The notes: a model not told the origin generated them from the sequence alone. A stretch of DNA of 64,000 nt from an uncultured Planctomycetaceae bacterium (GCA_963833985.1 CAWIAD010000002.1:4352001-4416000), one strand, 5' to 3'; counted from the stretch's first letter, positions 31,556 to 41,733 are shown. Program-made: numbers and translations.

Positions 31556-32710
31556 ATGCGCGGGAAAGACAGATGCGTGGGGCCGGCGGTGTTCCTTCTG
31601 GGAGCGATGGCCGTCTGGGTGATGGCCGCAACACCTGCACGGGCGGACGCCGCCGCTGGAACGGGGAGCGTGACCAAGATGCAATTCGGAAAGTTGCCGG
31701 ACGGCACGCCGGTGGAACTGTACGTGCTGAAGAACGGACAGATCACCGTCAAGGTGATGACCTACGGCGCGACCATCACCGAGATCGATGCGCCGGACCG
31801 CAACGGCAAGGAAGACGACATCGTCCTGGGGTTCGATAGCCTGGAGGGATACCTGGGCAAAGAACCCTACTTCGGCGCGACGGTTGGCCGGGTGGCCAAC
31901 CGGATCGCCAGGGGGAAGTTCACCCTCGACGGGCAAGAGTACCATGTCGCCGTCAACGACCCGCCGAACAGCTTGCACGGGGGCATCAAGGGGTTTGACA
32001 AGGTCGTCTGGAAGGCCGAACCCGTGCAGCGCGCCGACGGACCGTCGGTGAAGATGAGCTATCTCAGCCCCGACGGCGAGGAAGGCTATCCGGGGAACCT
32101 GACGGTGAGCGTCGAGTTCACGGTCACCGATCAGAATGAGCTGATGATCCAGTACCAGGCGAACACCGACAAGCGCACGCCGATCAATCTCTCCAATCAC
32201 AGCTACTTCAACCTGGGCGGGAAGACATCCGATAGCATCCTGGGGCATGAGCTGGAGCTCACGGCCAGCCATTACACGCCGGTCGACGCCACGCTCATTC
32301 CCACCGGCAAGGTCGCCACGGTCGAAGACACGCCGCTCGACTTTCGCAAGCTCACGCCGATCGGTTCGCGGATCAAGCAGCTGGCCACCAACCCGGTGGG
32401 CTATGACCATAACTTCGTGCTCGACAGCCGGGGAAAGACCCTGGCCCTGGCGGCACGTGTATACGACCCGAAATCCGGCCGGCTGCTCCAGATCTCCACG
32501 ACCGAGCCGGGCGTCCAGTTCTACACCGGCAATTTTCTGGACGGCACGATCAAGGGCAAGAGCGGAATCGCCTACATGCAGTACGGCGGCCTCTGCCTGG
32601 AGACCCAGCACTACCCGGATTCGATCCACCACGAAGGCTTTCCGTCGGTCGTCCTGAACCCGGATGACACCTACAGGCAAACCACGGTGTACCGGTTCTG
32701 GGCGAAGTGA
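31556..32710 (+). CDS. galM: Aldose 1-epimerase (mutarotase) with signal peptide
   Basis: YFGATVGRVANRI, LHGG, NHSYFNL, GYDHN, QFYTGN, CLETQHYPD; start uncertain (31493 or 31556). Confidence 0.92.
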   Translation: MRGKDRCVGPAVFLLGAMAVWVMAATPARADAAAGTGSVTKMQFGKLPDGTPVELYVLKNGQITVKVMTYGATITEIDAPDRNGKEDDIVLGFDSLEGYLGKEPYFGATVGRVANRIARGKFTLDGQEYHVAVNDPPNSLHGGIKGFDKVVWKAEPVQRADGPSVKMSYLSPDGEEGYPGNLTVSVEFTVTDQNELMIQYQANTDKRTPINLSNHSYFNLGGKTSDSILGHELELTASHYTPVDATLIPTGKVATVEDTPLDFRKLTPIGSRIKQLATNPVGYDHNFVLDSRGKTLALAARVYDPKSGRLLQISTTEPGVQFYTGNFLDGTIKGKSGIAYMQYGGLCLETQHYPDSIHHEGFPSVVLNPDDTYRQTTVYRFWAK

Positions 32711-32774
32711 TCGCCGAATTCGTCACGACCGCGCCAACCCAGCGCGACCGACCGGCTCTGCGCCCGCTGGCGTG

Positions 32775-32803
32775 TTGAGCTTGCGCGCACGAGGTGTCAT
32801 AAT
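32775..32803 (+). promoter_or_regulatory. Sigma70-like promoter TTGAGC-N17-CATAAT with TGn extension
   Basis: 17 bp spacing, about 80 bp upstream of the first SSS gene. Confidence 0.45.
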
Positions 32804-32885
32804 GCGGGCCCGATCACCAGAATGAGGCGAGCCGCCGGTCCGGTTCCGGCTCACATGGCGCGTTGACCGCTCTCCCAGGGAACCC

Positions 32886-34721
32886 GTGACGATGCCCACA
32901 CTGACGTGGATCGACTACCTGATCATGCTGATCTACCTGGCGTTCGTGCTGGGCATCGGCTTCGCGCTCAAGAAGTTCATGAAGACCAGCGAGGACTTCT
33001 TCCTCTCGGGGCGGTCGATCCCCGCGTGGGTGGCCGGGCTGGCGTTCATCTCCGCCAACCTGGGGGCGCAGGAGGTCATCGGCATGGCCGCGTCGGGGGC
33101 CAAGTACGGCATCGCCACCAGCCATTTCTACTGGGTGGGCGCGATCCCGGCGATGGTCTTCGTGGGCTTGTTCATGATGCCCTTCTACTACGGCTCGCGG
33201 GCGCACTCGGTGCCGGAATACCTGCGGCTGCGGTTCGACGAGAAGACGCGTGGACTGAACGCCATCACGTTCGCGGTGATGACGGTCTTCTCCAGCGGCA
33301 TCTCGATGTACGCCATGGCCAAGCTGATCATGCTGCTGCACGTCTTCGACGCGCCGGTGCTGGCGCTCGGCATGCCGCGGGACTGGATCTTCCACGCCAG
33401 CATCATCCTCTCGGCGCTCATCGTGCTGGGCTACGTCTACCTGGGCGGGCTCACGAGCGCCATCTACAACGAGGTGCTCCAGTTCTTTCTGATCGTCGCC
33501 GGCTTCCTGCCGCTGGTGCTCCTGGGCCTGAAGAACGTGGGCGGCTGGTCCGGCATGCAGGCGACGCTCGCGAGCATGGACAAAGAAGCGTTCACGCATA
33601 CCTGGGTCGGCATGCAGCATGCCAGCACGAATCCACTTGGCGTGGAGTGGTTCGGCCTGGTGATGGGGCTGGGGTTCGTACTCTCCTTCGGCTACTGGTG
33701 CACGGACTTCCTGGTGGTGCAGAGAGCCATGGCGGCCGACAGCATGACGTCGGCCCGGCGCACGCCGTTGATTGCCGCGCTGCCGAAGATGTTCTTCCCG
33801 TTCCTGGTGATCCTGCCGGGCCTGATCGCCATCACGCTGCCCACCCCGAAGTCCGAACCCGCCCCGGCAGCCGGCGACGGGCCTGCGCTGACGATCCCCG
33901 CCGTGCAGGGAATCATCCCGGCCAAGGTGGACTACTGGACCGGAAAGCTCGAGCTCGATCCCCAGGGCCGCCTGGTGCCCGACTACGACATGGCGATCCC
34001 CCAGATGCTGCTGAAGTACTTTCCGGCCGGCATGCTGGGCCTCGGGCTCACGGCCCTTTTGGCCAGCTTCATGTCGGGCATGGCCGGCAACGTCACGGCG
34101 TTCAACACCGTCTGGACGTACGACATTTACAAGGCCTACCTGCATTCCCGTGCGAGCGACCGGCATTACCTCTGGATGGGGCGCTTCGCCACGCTCTTCG
34201 GCACGGTCATCTCGATTGCGGCCGCCTACCTGGTGTCGCGCTTCAACAACATCATGGACGCCTTGCAGCTCGTCTTCGGGTTCGTGAATGCGCCCCTGTT
34301 CGCGACGTTCCTGCTGGGGATGTTCTGGAAGCGAGCGACCGGCCACGGGGCGTTCTCGGGATTGCTGGCCGGCACCGGAGCGGCAGCCATTTTCCACGGC
34401 CTTTGTCTGCCCGCCGGCGGCGAGCCCGGTATCAAGGGGGGCTGGCTGACGGACCTCGCCGGAGCCAGCCCGGTTTACACGTTCCCCACCGAGATGGCCC
34501 AGAACTTCTGGATGGCCATCTTCGCGTGGACCTTCTGCTTTGTCGTGACGATTGCCGTCAGCCTGTTCACCCGTCCGCGTCCCGACGGCGAGCTGGTGGG
34601 GCTGGTTTACGCCTTGACGGACAAGCCCCAGGAAGGCCACCTCACCTGGTACCAACGGCCGCTGGCCCTGGGAATCATCGTGCTGGTGATGACCCTGGCA
34701 CTCAACTTCCTGTTCTATTGA
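32886..34721 (+). CDS. Sodium:solute symporter (sugar SSS family)
   Basis: DFFLSGRS, SANLGA, YLRLRF, GGLTS, YWCTDFLVVQRAM; many TM helices. Confidence 0.93.
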   Translation: MTMPTLTWIDYLIMLIYLAFVLGIGFALKKFMKTSEDFFLSGRSIPAWVAGLAFISANLGAQEVIGMAASGAKYGIATSHFYWVGAIPAMVFVGLFMMPFYYGSRAHSVPEYLRLRFDEKTRGLNAITFAVMTVFSSGISMYAMAKLIMLLHVFDAPVLALGMPRDWIFHASIILSALIVLGYVYLGGLTSAIYNEVLQFFLIVAGFLPLVLLGLKNVGGWSGMQATLASMDKEAFTHTWVGMQHASTNPLGVEWFGLVMGLGFVLSFGYWCTDFLVVQRAMAADSMTSARRTPLIAALPKMFFPFLVILPGLIAITLPTPKSEPAPAAGDGPALTIPAVQGIIPAKVDYWTGKLELDPQGRLVPDYDMAIPQMLLKYFPAGMLGLGLTALLASFMSGMAGNVTAFNTVWTYDIYKAYLHSRASDRHYLWMGRFATLFGTVISIAAAYLVSRFNNIMDALQLVFGFVNAPLFATFLLGMFWKRATGHGAFSGLLAGTGAAAIFHGLCLPAGGEPGIKGGWLTDLAGASPVYTFPTEMAQNFWMAIFAWTFCFVVTIAVSLFTRPRPDGELVGLVYALTDKPQEGHLTWYQRPLALGIIVLVMTLALNFLFY

Positions 34722-34742
34722 GCCACGCGAGACGAGCCTGCC

Positions 34743-34967
34743 ATGAACCTTGATATCCGGCTGCCGATCGGCCTCCTGTTCGCCACGCTGGGCGGGCTGC
34801 TGGTGGTTTACGGGCTGTACACGCAGTTCATGCAGCCGACCATCTACGAGCGATCGCTGGAGATCAATGTCAACCTCTGGTGGGGACTGGTGATGCTTGC
34901 CTTCGGCGGACTGATGACCTACCTCGGCCGGCGCGGATCGGCCGCCAGGCCGCAGCAAACCAACTGA
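34743..34967 (+). CDS. Small two-TM membrane protein
   Basis: MNLDIRLPIGLLF...NVNLWWGLVML; lies between the SSS genes. Confidence 0.78.
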   Translation: MNLDIRLPIGLLFATLGGLLVVYGLYTQFMQPTIYERSLEINVNLWWGLVMLAFGGLMTYLGRRGSAARPQQTN

Positions 34968-34985
34968 CCTGGAGACTCGACCACG

Positions 34986-36707
34986 ATGCCTGGCCTGCCC
35001 TTGCTGCTTGCCGCCGAGACCGTGACCACGAAGCTGCTGTCGCTCAGCCTGCCCGACGTGGTGATCATCATCGCCTACTTCGTCATGGTGCTGGGCATCG
35101 GCTGGTATCTCAAACGGCAGACGCAGACCGGTGAAGACTTCTTTCTGGCCGGCCGTGAGATGACCGCCTGGATCGCGGGCCTGAGCTTCCTCTCCGCCAA
35201 CCTGGGCTCGCTGGAGCTCATGGGATGGGCGGGGGCCGCATACCAGTATGGCATCCTCGCCACCCACTGGTACTGGATTGGCGCCATCCCGGCGATGCTC
35301 TTCCTGGGCATCGTCATGATGCCCTTTTATTACATCTCCAAGACGCACTCGGTGCCCGGCTACCTCCAGCTTCGCTTCGGCGAGAACAGCCGGGCGTTCG
35401 CGGCCATCTCGTTCGCGCTCATGACCATTCTCATGAGCGGTGTGAACATGTTCGCCATGGCCAGCGTGATGAAGGTCGTGCTGGGCTGGGACATCAACTT
35501 CAGCATCTGGGTCTCGTCGCTCACCGTGGCCGCGTATGTCTCGCTGGGCGGGCTGAAATCGGCCATCTTCAACGAGGTGCTCCAGTTCGTCCTGATCTGG
35601 GCCGGCGCCATGCTCATCCCGATTCTGGGCCTGGTGGAGGCCGGCGGGTGGGAAAACTTGAAGTTGCAGATTGCCGAACGGCTGGGCCGCGCCGATTACA
35701 CCCACGCCTGGAGCACGCTCGGCTCGTTCCAGGGCAACCCGATGGGCATCCACTGGACGGGCATCGTCTTCGGCCTGGGCTGGGTGATCTCGTTCGGGTA
35801 CTGGACGACAGACTTTCTGGTCGTCCAGCGAGTGCTCTCGGCCAAGGACCTGCGCTCCGCCAAGCTGGCGCCGATCATCGGCGCGGCGTTCAAGATGATG
35901 GTCCCGTTCATCGTCATCTTGCCGGGGCTGCTGGGACTGGCGGTGCTGGACGTGAAGCTCCTGCCCGAGAGCGAGGTCGCCGCCAACCCGGGGGCCTATA
36001 GCTACAATGACGTCCTGCCGCTGATGATGGCCCGTTATCTCGGGCCCGGACTGCTTGGCCTGGGCATCACGGCGCTCATCGCCGGGTTCATGGCCGGCAT
36101 GGCAGGGAACGTGAGTGCCTTCGCCACCGTCTGGACCTATGACATCTACCGGGCGTTCTTCAAGAAGGACGCCAGCGATGCGCACTACGTGAGCATGGGA
36201 CGCTGGTGCACGGTCATCGGCATCTTCGTCAGCATTGGCACGGCGTACCTGGTGATGCAGTTCTCCAGCATCATGGACTACGTGCAGGCTCTCTTCAGCT
36301 TCTTCATCGCCCCGCTCTTCGGTACGGTCCTGCTGGGCATGCTCTGGAAGCGCGCGACCCCGGCCGGCGGCTTCTGGGGCTTGCTGGCGGGGACGGTGTC
36401 CTCGATTGCCATGTGGTTCTGGGTGTTCATGAGGCCCGACGCGCTGGCGTACGTCGCGCTCTCGCCGCATGCCAAGCCGATGGCCGAGAACATGTACCGC
36501 GGGCTCTGGTCCTGGATCATCTGCGTGGGCGTGACGGTGGCCGTGAGTCTTGTGACGAAGCCAAAGACCGACAAGGAGCTCGTCGGCCTCGTGTACGGCT
36601 GCACGCCGGTTCCTTCCGAACTGCATATGCCGGTCTGGAAACGGCCGATTTTCTGGGCGGGCGTCGTCGCCGCCGTCTTCGTCGCGCTCAACGTGATCTT
36701 CTGGTGA
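34986..36707 (+). CDS. Sodium:solute symporter (paralog of 32886-34721)
   Basis: DFFLAGRE, SANLGS, YWTTDFLVVQRVL; GGAG RBS. Confidence 0.93.
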   Translation: MPGLPLLLAAETVTTKLLSLSLPDVVIIIAYFVMVLGIGWYLKRQTQTGEDFFLAGREMTAWIAGLSFLSANLGSLELMGWAGAAYQYGILATHWYWIGAIPAMLFLGIVMMPFYYISKTHSVPGYLQLRFGENSRAFAAISFALMTILMSGVNMFAMASVMKVVLGWDINFSIWVSSLTVAAYVSLGGLKSAIFNEVLQFVLIWAGAMLIPILGLVEAGGWENLKLQIAERLGRADYTHAWSTLGSFQGNPMGIHWTGIVFGLGWVISFGYWTTDFLVVQRVLSAKDLRSAKLAPIIGAAFKMMVPFIVILPGLLGLAVLDVKLLPESEVAANPGAYSYNDVLPLMMARYLGPGLLGLGITALIAGFMAGMAGNVSAFATVWTYDIYRAFFKKDASDAHYVSMGRWCTVIGIFVSIGTAYLVMQFSSIMDYVQALFSFFIAPLFGTVLLGMLWKRATPAGGFWGLLAGTVSSIAMWFWVFMRPDALAYVALSPHAKPMAENMYRGLWSWIICVGVTVAVSLVTKPKTDKELVGLVYGCTPVPSELHMPVWKRPIFWAGVVAAVFVALNVIFW

Positions 36708-36719
36708 GGTTCTCCCGTC

Positions 36720-36938
36720 ATGACATCCGACTCTCATCTCTCGATCTGGTTCTTCGTGGGCATCCTGCTGGCCTTCTACGGGATGATCATCACCATCTCG
36801 GGCATCTACGGCCTCTTCGTTCCGCCCGCGGTGCACCTGGCAAAGTACCACGCCGACCTCTGGTGGGGGCTCATCCTGCTCGCCATCGGCGTCTTCTACT
36901 GCTACCACTTCGCCCCGCGCAAGAGCCAGCCGCAATAA
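36720..36938 (+). CDS. Small two-TM membrane protein
   Basis: SIWFFVGILLAFYG...HADLWWGLILL; similar to 34743-34967. Confidence 0.75.
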   Translation: MTSDSHLSIWFFVGILLAFYGMIITISGIYGLFVPPAVHLAKYHADLWWGLILLAIGVFYCYHFAPRKSQPQ

Positions 36939-37467
36939 CGTCTCTCTGCCTTCAGCAATGCGTGCAAGGCGATTTCCTCCCGTCGGCATGGATGCGTGGA
37001 TTCCATTTCTCCGCGCGCGTTGTGGACGTCTGTCCCTCCCCTGAGACGCAGTGGGAGTGCAATTCCTGCGTGGGGCGGGCAACGGTCCATCATGTGCTGA
37101 TAATCGCGAGACCCTGCGTCGCCCGTTCCAACCACATGCGTGGCAGGCAGTTTTCTGGCTTTCGATCTCGCGTGATCATTTTCCGGGGTGTCCTGATGCA
37201 AGGACCAGATTGTTCTGTTACAACAGAAGAGATCGAAAGACTCTGTCAAAAGTTTTTGCAAAGATCATTCAGCAGCGCAAGTAAAATAAGGGTTCCGGTA
37301 GGGTCAGTCTCGTGCCTAGCTCCTGCTCAGCAGGCTCGGCACAACCCTCGCCCTCCCGACAGAACTGGTCCGCGATGCCGTTTTGGGGGCCAAGCATGGG
37401 AACCAGGCGTGTTTCTCATGAAGTCAGAGAATTGAATCTGGATGAGAATAATCTGAATTCGCAGCCC

Positions 37468-38238
37468 ATGGAGATCGGCTCGGTCGAAGCCGCTCGGGGC
37501 CGGATTTACGCCCTTCTTGGAGCGCTCTTTTCCCATCCGGACACGGGCAAGTGGGGACCGGTGCTCAACGCCCAGGAGCAGCACCTGGCCATCGCCACGG
37601 CGGACCGGTTCATCGAGCTTGCCCGTGCCGCACGCTATCCGATCCGCAGCGAGGAGTTGCCCTGCGAGGAACTCGATCTCCGATTCCTGGTGGTTGAGCT
37701 TTGCCAGCCGCTCGACCATTTGAAGGCGGAGTACGAGCGGGTGCTCTGCGCCCGGCAGAAATCTTCCGGCTGCTCGCCCTTCGCGCTGGATCACGGTGCG
37801 CCCAGGGATGACGCATTGCTTGCCCGGACCCTCGCACAACTGGAAGAGACCTACACGATGTTCGGGTTCGCCCCCGGCGGCAAGGCTCCCGCGCGGGCCG
37901 ACCACATCGCCTATGAACTGGAGTTCATGAACTGGCTGATCACCCAGCGCCGGCAGGCCTCGCGGCTGGCACTCTTCGATCGGCAGGCGGCCGAGCTGAT
38001 CGTGGCGTGCGAGCTTGCTCAGAGACGCTTCTTCGGCGATCATCTGGAAGGCACTCTGGGGCCGCTCTCCGCTTGTTTACGAAAGTACACTAGTGGAGGG
38101 TATTTCGAGCCGCTGGGGCGGTTCCTGGCGGCATGGGTGCCCCTGGAACGCCATCTGCTCCAGGCGGCGCTGCACGCGCGGGGTGCCGGCACGGGTTCTT
38201 CCATTGCCTCCGACCCCGGCGCATCGTCGGTGGCCTGA
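37468..38238 (+). CDS. TorD/DmsD-family redox enzyme maturation chaperone (start uncertain)
   Basis: R..IYALLGALFSHPD, EYERVL, Y.MFGF, signature ADHIAYELEFM, QRRFFGDHL. Confidence 0.75.
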   Translation: MEIGSVEAARGRIYALLGALFSHPDTGKWGPVLNAQEQHLAIATADRFIELARAARYPIRSEELPCEELDLRFLVVELCQPLDHLKAEYERVLCARQKSSGCSPFALDHGAPRDDALLARTLAQLEETYTMFGFAPGGKAPARADHIAYELEFMNWLITQRRQASRLALFDRQAAELIVACELAQRRFFGDHLEGTLGPLSACLRKYTSGGYFEPLGRFLAAWVPLERHLLQAALHARGAGTGSSIASDPGASSVA

Positions 38239-38294
38239 AGTGGCCCCAGCCGTCCGCGCAGCTGTTCCGTTGACGTCACAAGGAGGTCGAGGTC

Positions 38295-39443
38295 ATGGAT
38301 TTTGGCTTGTCTGAACGAGCGCAGAAGTGGCACGACGCGGCGGTTCAGTTCGCTCGCGACGAGCTGGCCGACACGGAAGCGGCCGCGCGCGAACAGCGCG
38401 GGGAGTTCTGGCGCGAGGGCTACCAGCGGTGCGGCCGGTTCGGACTGCTCGGCCTTCCCGTGCCCGGGGAATATGGGGGCCAGGGCGAGGACATTCCCAC
38501 GGCCGTCGCCGCGATGGAGGGGCTGGGGTACGGCTGCGCGGACACCGGGCTGATCTTCGCACTCAACGCATCGCTCTGGACCATCACGATGCCGATCCTC
38601 AGCTTCGGCACCGAGGCCCAGAAGCAGCGTTACCTGCCAGGCCTGTGCGACGGCCGCAGCTTTGGCGCCAACGGGGCGAGCGAGCCGGAAGCCGGCTCCG
38701 ACATCTTCAGCATGAGCACCCGGGCCCAGCGGCGGGGTGATCAGTGGGTCCTCAACGGCCGCAAGGTGTGGATCACAGGCGGACCGATCGCGGACGTCTT
38801 CCTCTGCTTCGCCACCACCGATCCGACCAAAGGGGTGCTGGGGATCACGGCATTCCTCATCGACCGCGACACCCCCGGGTTCCACGTCGTGCGCGAGATC
38901 CCCAAGCTGGGCATGCGCACGGCACCCATGGGAGAGCTGGTCTTCGAGGACTGTGCGCTGCCGGCGGAGAACCTGCTGGGCCGCGAGGGACGCGGAGCGC
39001 GGATCTTCAACGCCGCCCTGGAATGGGAGCGAGGCGCCATCCTGGCCAGCGTCGTCGGCACGATGCGCCGCCAGGTCGACCGCTGCATCCAGCAAGCCCG
39101 CACGCGCAAGCAGTTCGGGCAGCCGATCGGCAAGTTCCAGTCGGTCTCGAACCGCATCGTCGACATGATGACGCGGCTGGAGACCAGCCGGTGGATGGTT
39201 CACCGCTACGCCTGGCTGAAGTCGCAGGGAAAAGACGCCACCGTCGCGGCGTCGATGGCCAAGCTGCACGTGTCGGAGTGTTTCGTGCAGAACAGCATCG
39301 ACGCGGTGCGGACCTTCGGCGCCTCGGGTTACACGGTCGAGACCGGCCTGGAGCGCGACGTCCGCGACAGCATCGGCGGCGTGCTCTTCTCCGGCACCAA
39401 TGACATCCAGCGCAACATCATCGCCCAGCACCTGCGGCTCTGA
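38295..39443 (+). CDS. Acyl-CoA dehydrogenase family protein (prolyl-PCP dehydrogenase-like)
   Basis: SEPEAGSD, LNGRKVWIT, RKQFGQPI.KFQ, FSGTNDIQR; AMEGLGYGC motif; AGGAGG RBS. Confidence 0.9.
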   Translation: MDFGLSERAQKWHDAAVQFARDELADTEAAAREQRGEFWREGYQRCGRFGLLGLPVPGEYGGQGEDIPTAVAAMEGLGYGCADTGLIFALNASLWTITMPILSFGTEAQKQRYLPGLCDGRSFGANGASEPEAGSDIFSMSTRAQRRGDQWVLNGRKVWITGGPIADVFLCFATTDPTKGVLGITAFLIDRDTPGFHVVREIPKLGMRTAPMGELVFEDCALPAENLLGREGRGARIFNAALEWERGAILASVVGTMRRQVDRCIQQARTRKQFGQPIGKFQSVSNRIVDMMTRLETSRWMVHRYAWLKSQGKDATVAASMAKLHVSECFVQNSIDAVRTFGASGYTVETGLERDVRDSIGGVLFSGTNDIQRNIIAQHLRL

Positions 39444-39549
39444 GGCGGCCGCAGCGCGGGCGGCCGCGACCATGGACCGCACGAGAACTCGCTGCCGCGC
39501 CGGTGCGGATACCCCTCCAGAGCGATTCAAGGAAGCCGGATCGAGTCCC

Positions 39550-40638
39550 ATGCTCAGGCTGCTGCGGAAGCTGACCGACGGCCGCGGCCGGCCGCAACTG
39601 GCCCGTTCCAGGCGTGCTGAGCAGATGTCTCCGTGGCGGCGCGGATCCGTGCGCCGGATCGTCTTTGGCTTCGTGCTGCTGGGCATTGTGCTGGTCTACG
39701 GCACGGCCGGTTACATGATGATGGGATGGTCGTTCATGGATGCCTTTTACCAGGTGTTCATCACCATCTCGGCGGTCGGCCTGACGGAGGTCCACCCGCT
39801 TTCCTCGACCCCGCTCCGCGTCCATACCATGCTGGTCATTGCCCTGGGACTTTTCTCGGTGGCATTCACGCTCGGTGGCTTCGTGACGCTTCTGACGGAA
39901 GGCGAGTTCCAGAAATACCTGGGGCAGCAGCGCATGATGAGGCAGATCAATACACAAGAGAAACACACGGTGATCGCCGGCTTCGGCCGCATCGGGGCGC
40001 TGGTCTGCGAGGGCCTGGCCGGCTCGGGAATGCCGTTCGTGATCATAGAGCAGGATCCGGGCCGGGTGGCCGAGATGGAAGCTCGGGGCTTCCTCTACCT
40101 GCTGGGCGACGCGACCGATGAGGCCGTGCTGCGGGACGCCGGAGTCGAGCGCGCCAAGGTGCTCGTCACTTCCATGCCCAACGACGCGGCGAACGTGTTC
40201 ATCACGCTCACGGCACGCGAGCTGGCACCCCAGCTACTGATCATCGCGCGCGCCGAGCAGCCGAGCACCCAGAAGAAACTTCGCCAGGCCGGTGCCAATC
40301 ATGTGATCATGCCGGCGGCCATCGGCGCCCACCGCATCGTGTCGCTCCTGACAAACCCCACGGCTTTCGAATTCGTGGAGCTGGTGACCCAGCGGTCCAG
40401 CCTTGCCATCGAGATGGACGAGATCCCGATCCGGGCTGACAGCCCCCTGGCGCAGCACACGCTCCGCGATGCCGACATCGGCAGGCGCACCGGCGTGCTG
40501 GTGATGGCCGTGAAACGCAGTGACGGCCGTCTCGAGTTTCCCCCGGGCGGAGACGATCCGTTCGAGCCGGGTGATAGCATCGTCCTGCTCGGCCGCCGCG
40601 CCAACCTTGACCAGTTCCGTGAAGAGTTTGGCGTGTGA
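39550..40638 (+). CDS. Two-TM potassium-channel-like protein with RCK (TrkA-N/TrkA-C) domains
   Basis: TM-pore-TM (DAFYQVFITISAVG), HTVIAGFGRIG, GDATDEAVL, TrkA-C domain. Confidence 0.85.
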   Translation: MLRLLRKLTDGRGRPQLARSRRAEQMSPWRRGSVRRIVFGFVLLGIVLVYGTAGYMMMGWSFMDAFYQVFITISAVGLTEVHPLSSTPLRVHTMLVIALGLFSVAFTLGGFVTLLTEGEFQKYLGQQRMMRQINTQEKHTVIAGFGRIGALVCEGLAGSGMPFVIIEQDPGRVAEMEARGFLYLLGDATDEAVLRDAGVERAKVLVTSMPNDAANVFITLTARELAPQLLIIARAEQPSTQKKLRQAGANHVIMPAAIGAHRIVSLLTNPTAFEFVELVTQRSSLAIEMDEIPIRADSPLAQHTLRDADIGRRTGVLVMAVKRSDGRLEFPPGGDDPFEPGDSIVLLGRRANLDQFREEFGV

Positions 40639-40764
40639 ACGCTGCGGGCCAGACATCGGACACTCGAGAGCTTGACCGTGCTGGACCGCGCTGGCCCTCG
40701 GTCCCCTCCGCACTGTACGATGAGGCCAAGGTCCGAACCGGATAGCGCTGAGGTACCCCAATCC

Positions 40765-41064
40765 ATGGCCGACTACTCGCCCTACCAGAAGAAGATCATC
40801 GATCGCTACTACAAGAACTTCGACGCGATCAAGCACCAGCAGCTCTCGGAGCTGGCCACCGAGCTCTACCTTGCCGATGGTAAGAAGGCGGATCGGCTCT
40901 GGAAACGCGCCGAGCAGAGCCTCCGCCAGCTCGAGTTCCCCGAGTCGCGCATCACCTATCTGCTCGCGAAGCGCGACCCGGCGATCCTGGTGGAGTTCCT
41001 CGCCGGTATTGGCCGCACCGCGGGCAAGCCGCGCTCCGGGCAGCCGGGAGAACCCGGATCGTGA
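40765..41064 (+). CDS. Hypothetical helical protein
   Basis: MADYSPYQKKIIDRYYKN...LSELATELYLA; strong GC3 codon bias, GAGG RBS. Confidence 0.75.
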   Translation: MADYSPYQKKIIDRYYKNFDAIKHQQLSELATELYLADGKKADRLWKRAEQSLRQLEFPESRITYLLAKRDPAILVEFLAGIGRTAGKPRSGQPGEPGS

Positions 41065-41582
41065 CCGATCGCAACCGAGGCTTCGCGCCGCGTTTTTGTG
41101 GTCCCATGTGATCCGGTCCGTCCCGATCAGGTTTTCCGCCTATTTCACCATGCTGGAAGCAGCCAGATCAGTTCGCTGCCATAAAAAACAGCCACCAATC
41201 CTCTCTGTTTAAGCATCACTGTCAAGCTCATGACCTGGCTGAGCAGTCGTGGAAGCTGGCTTCCTGTCACGGACCGGCCAGCGGGACAGTGGGCTCGCGT
41301 CCCGCTCGCGACTCGCCTGCTCGGCTGCTTATATACCAAGATGGACAAAGCAAGAATTATCGTGGGAATGATTGGTTCCGGATGCGGATTGTCTTGCGAT
41401 CCAGCACGTCAAGACGAACCTTTTCGGACCCCTTGCCGCATGTCCGGCAGTGCGCCGTGACGAGGCTGCGGCGCCGATGAGCCTTTTTCCCGCGAAGATT
41501 CGCCTCGCTGTGGTTCGGCTATGATCGGTGGCACGTCGGCCCGGATGTGGAACAAATCGCTTTATTTTTCCGTTTCGGCTTC

Positions 41583-41611
41583 TTGACTGAGAAAGCTGGG
41601 TTTTGTAGAGT
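41583..41611 (+). promoter_or_regulatory. Sigma70-like promoter TTGACT-N17-TAGAGT
   Basis: 17 bp spacing in an AT-rich intergenic region upstream of the XRE gene. Confidence 0.5.
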
Positions 41612-41733
41612 TTTTTTTACAAGACTGAAAGCCGCCTCCCGGCTCCCGGTGAACGGTGCCATACGTTCGGACGCTGGCCGTCTGAATCGTTCGTGTTGGG
41701 ACGTTTTTCCTCTTCACACAACTCAATGGCGAG

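Noticed and set aside
32814..37082. 1422 aa minus-strand ORF (and similar long antisense ORFs such as 2009-4012 and 38040-39686)
   Set aside because: Shadow frames of high-GC3 genes on the opposite strand; no recognisable motifs
41065..41730. ncRNA, riboswitch or small genes in the long intergenic gap
   Set aside because: No RNA family motif recognisable by eye and ORFs lack codon bias; an Rfam/Infernal scan would be needed
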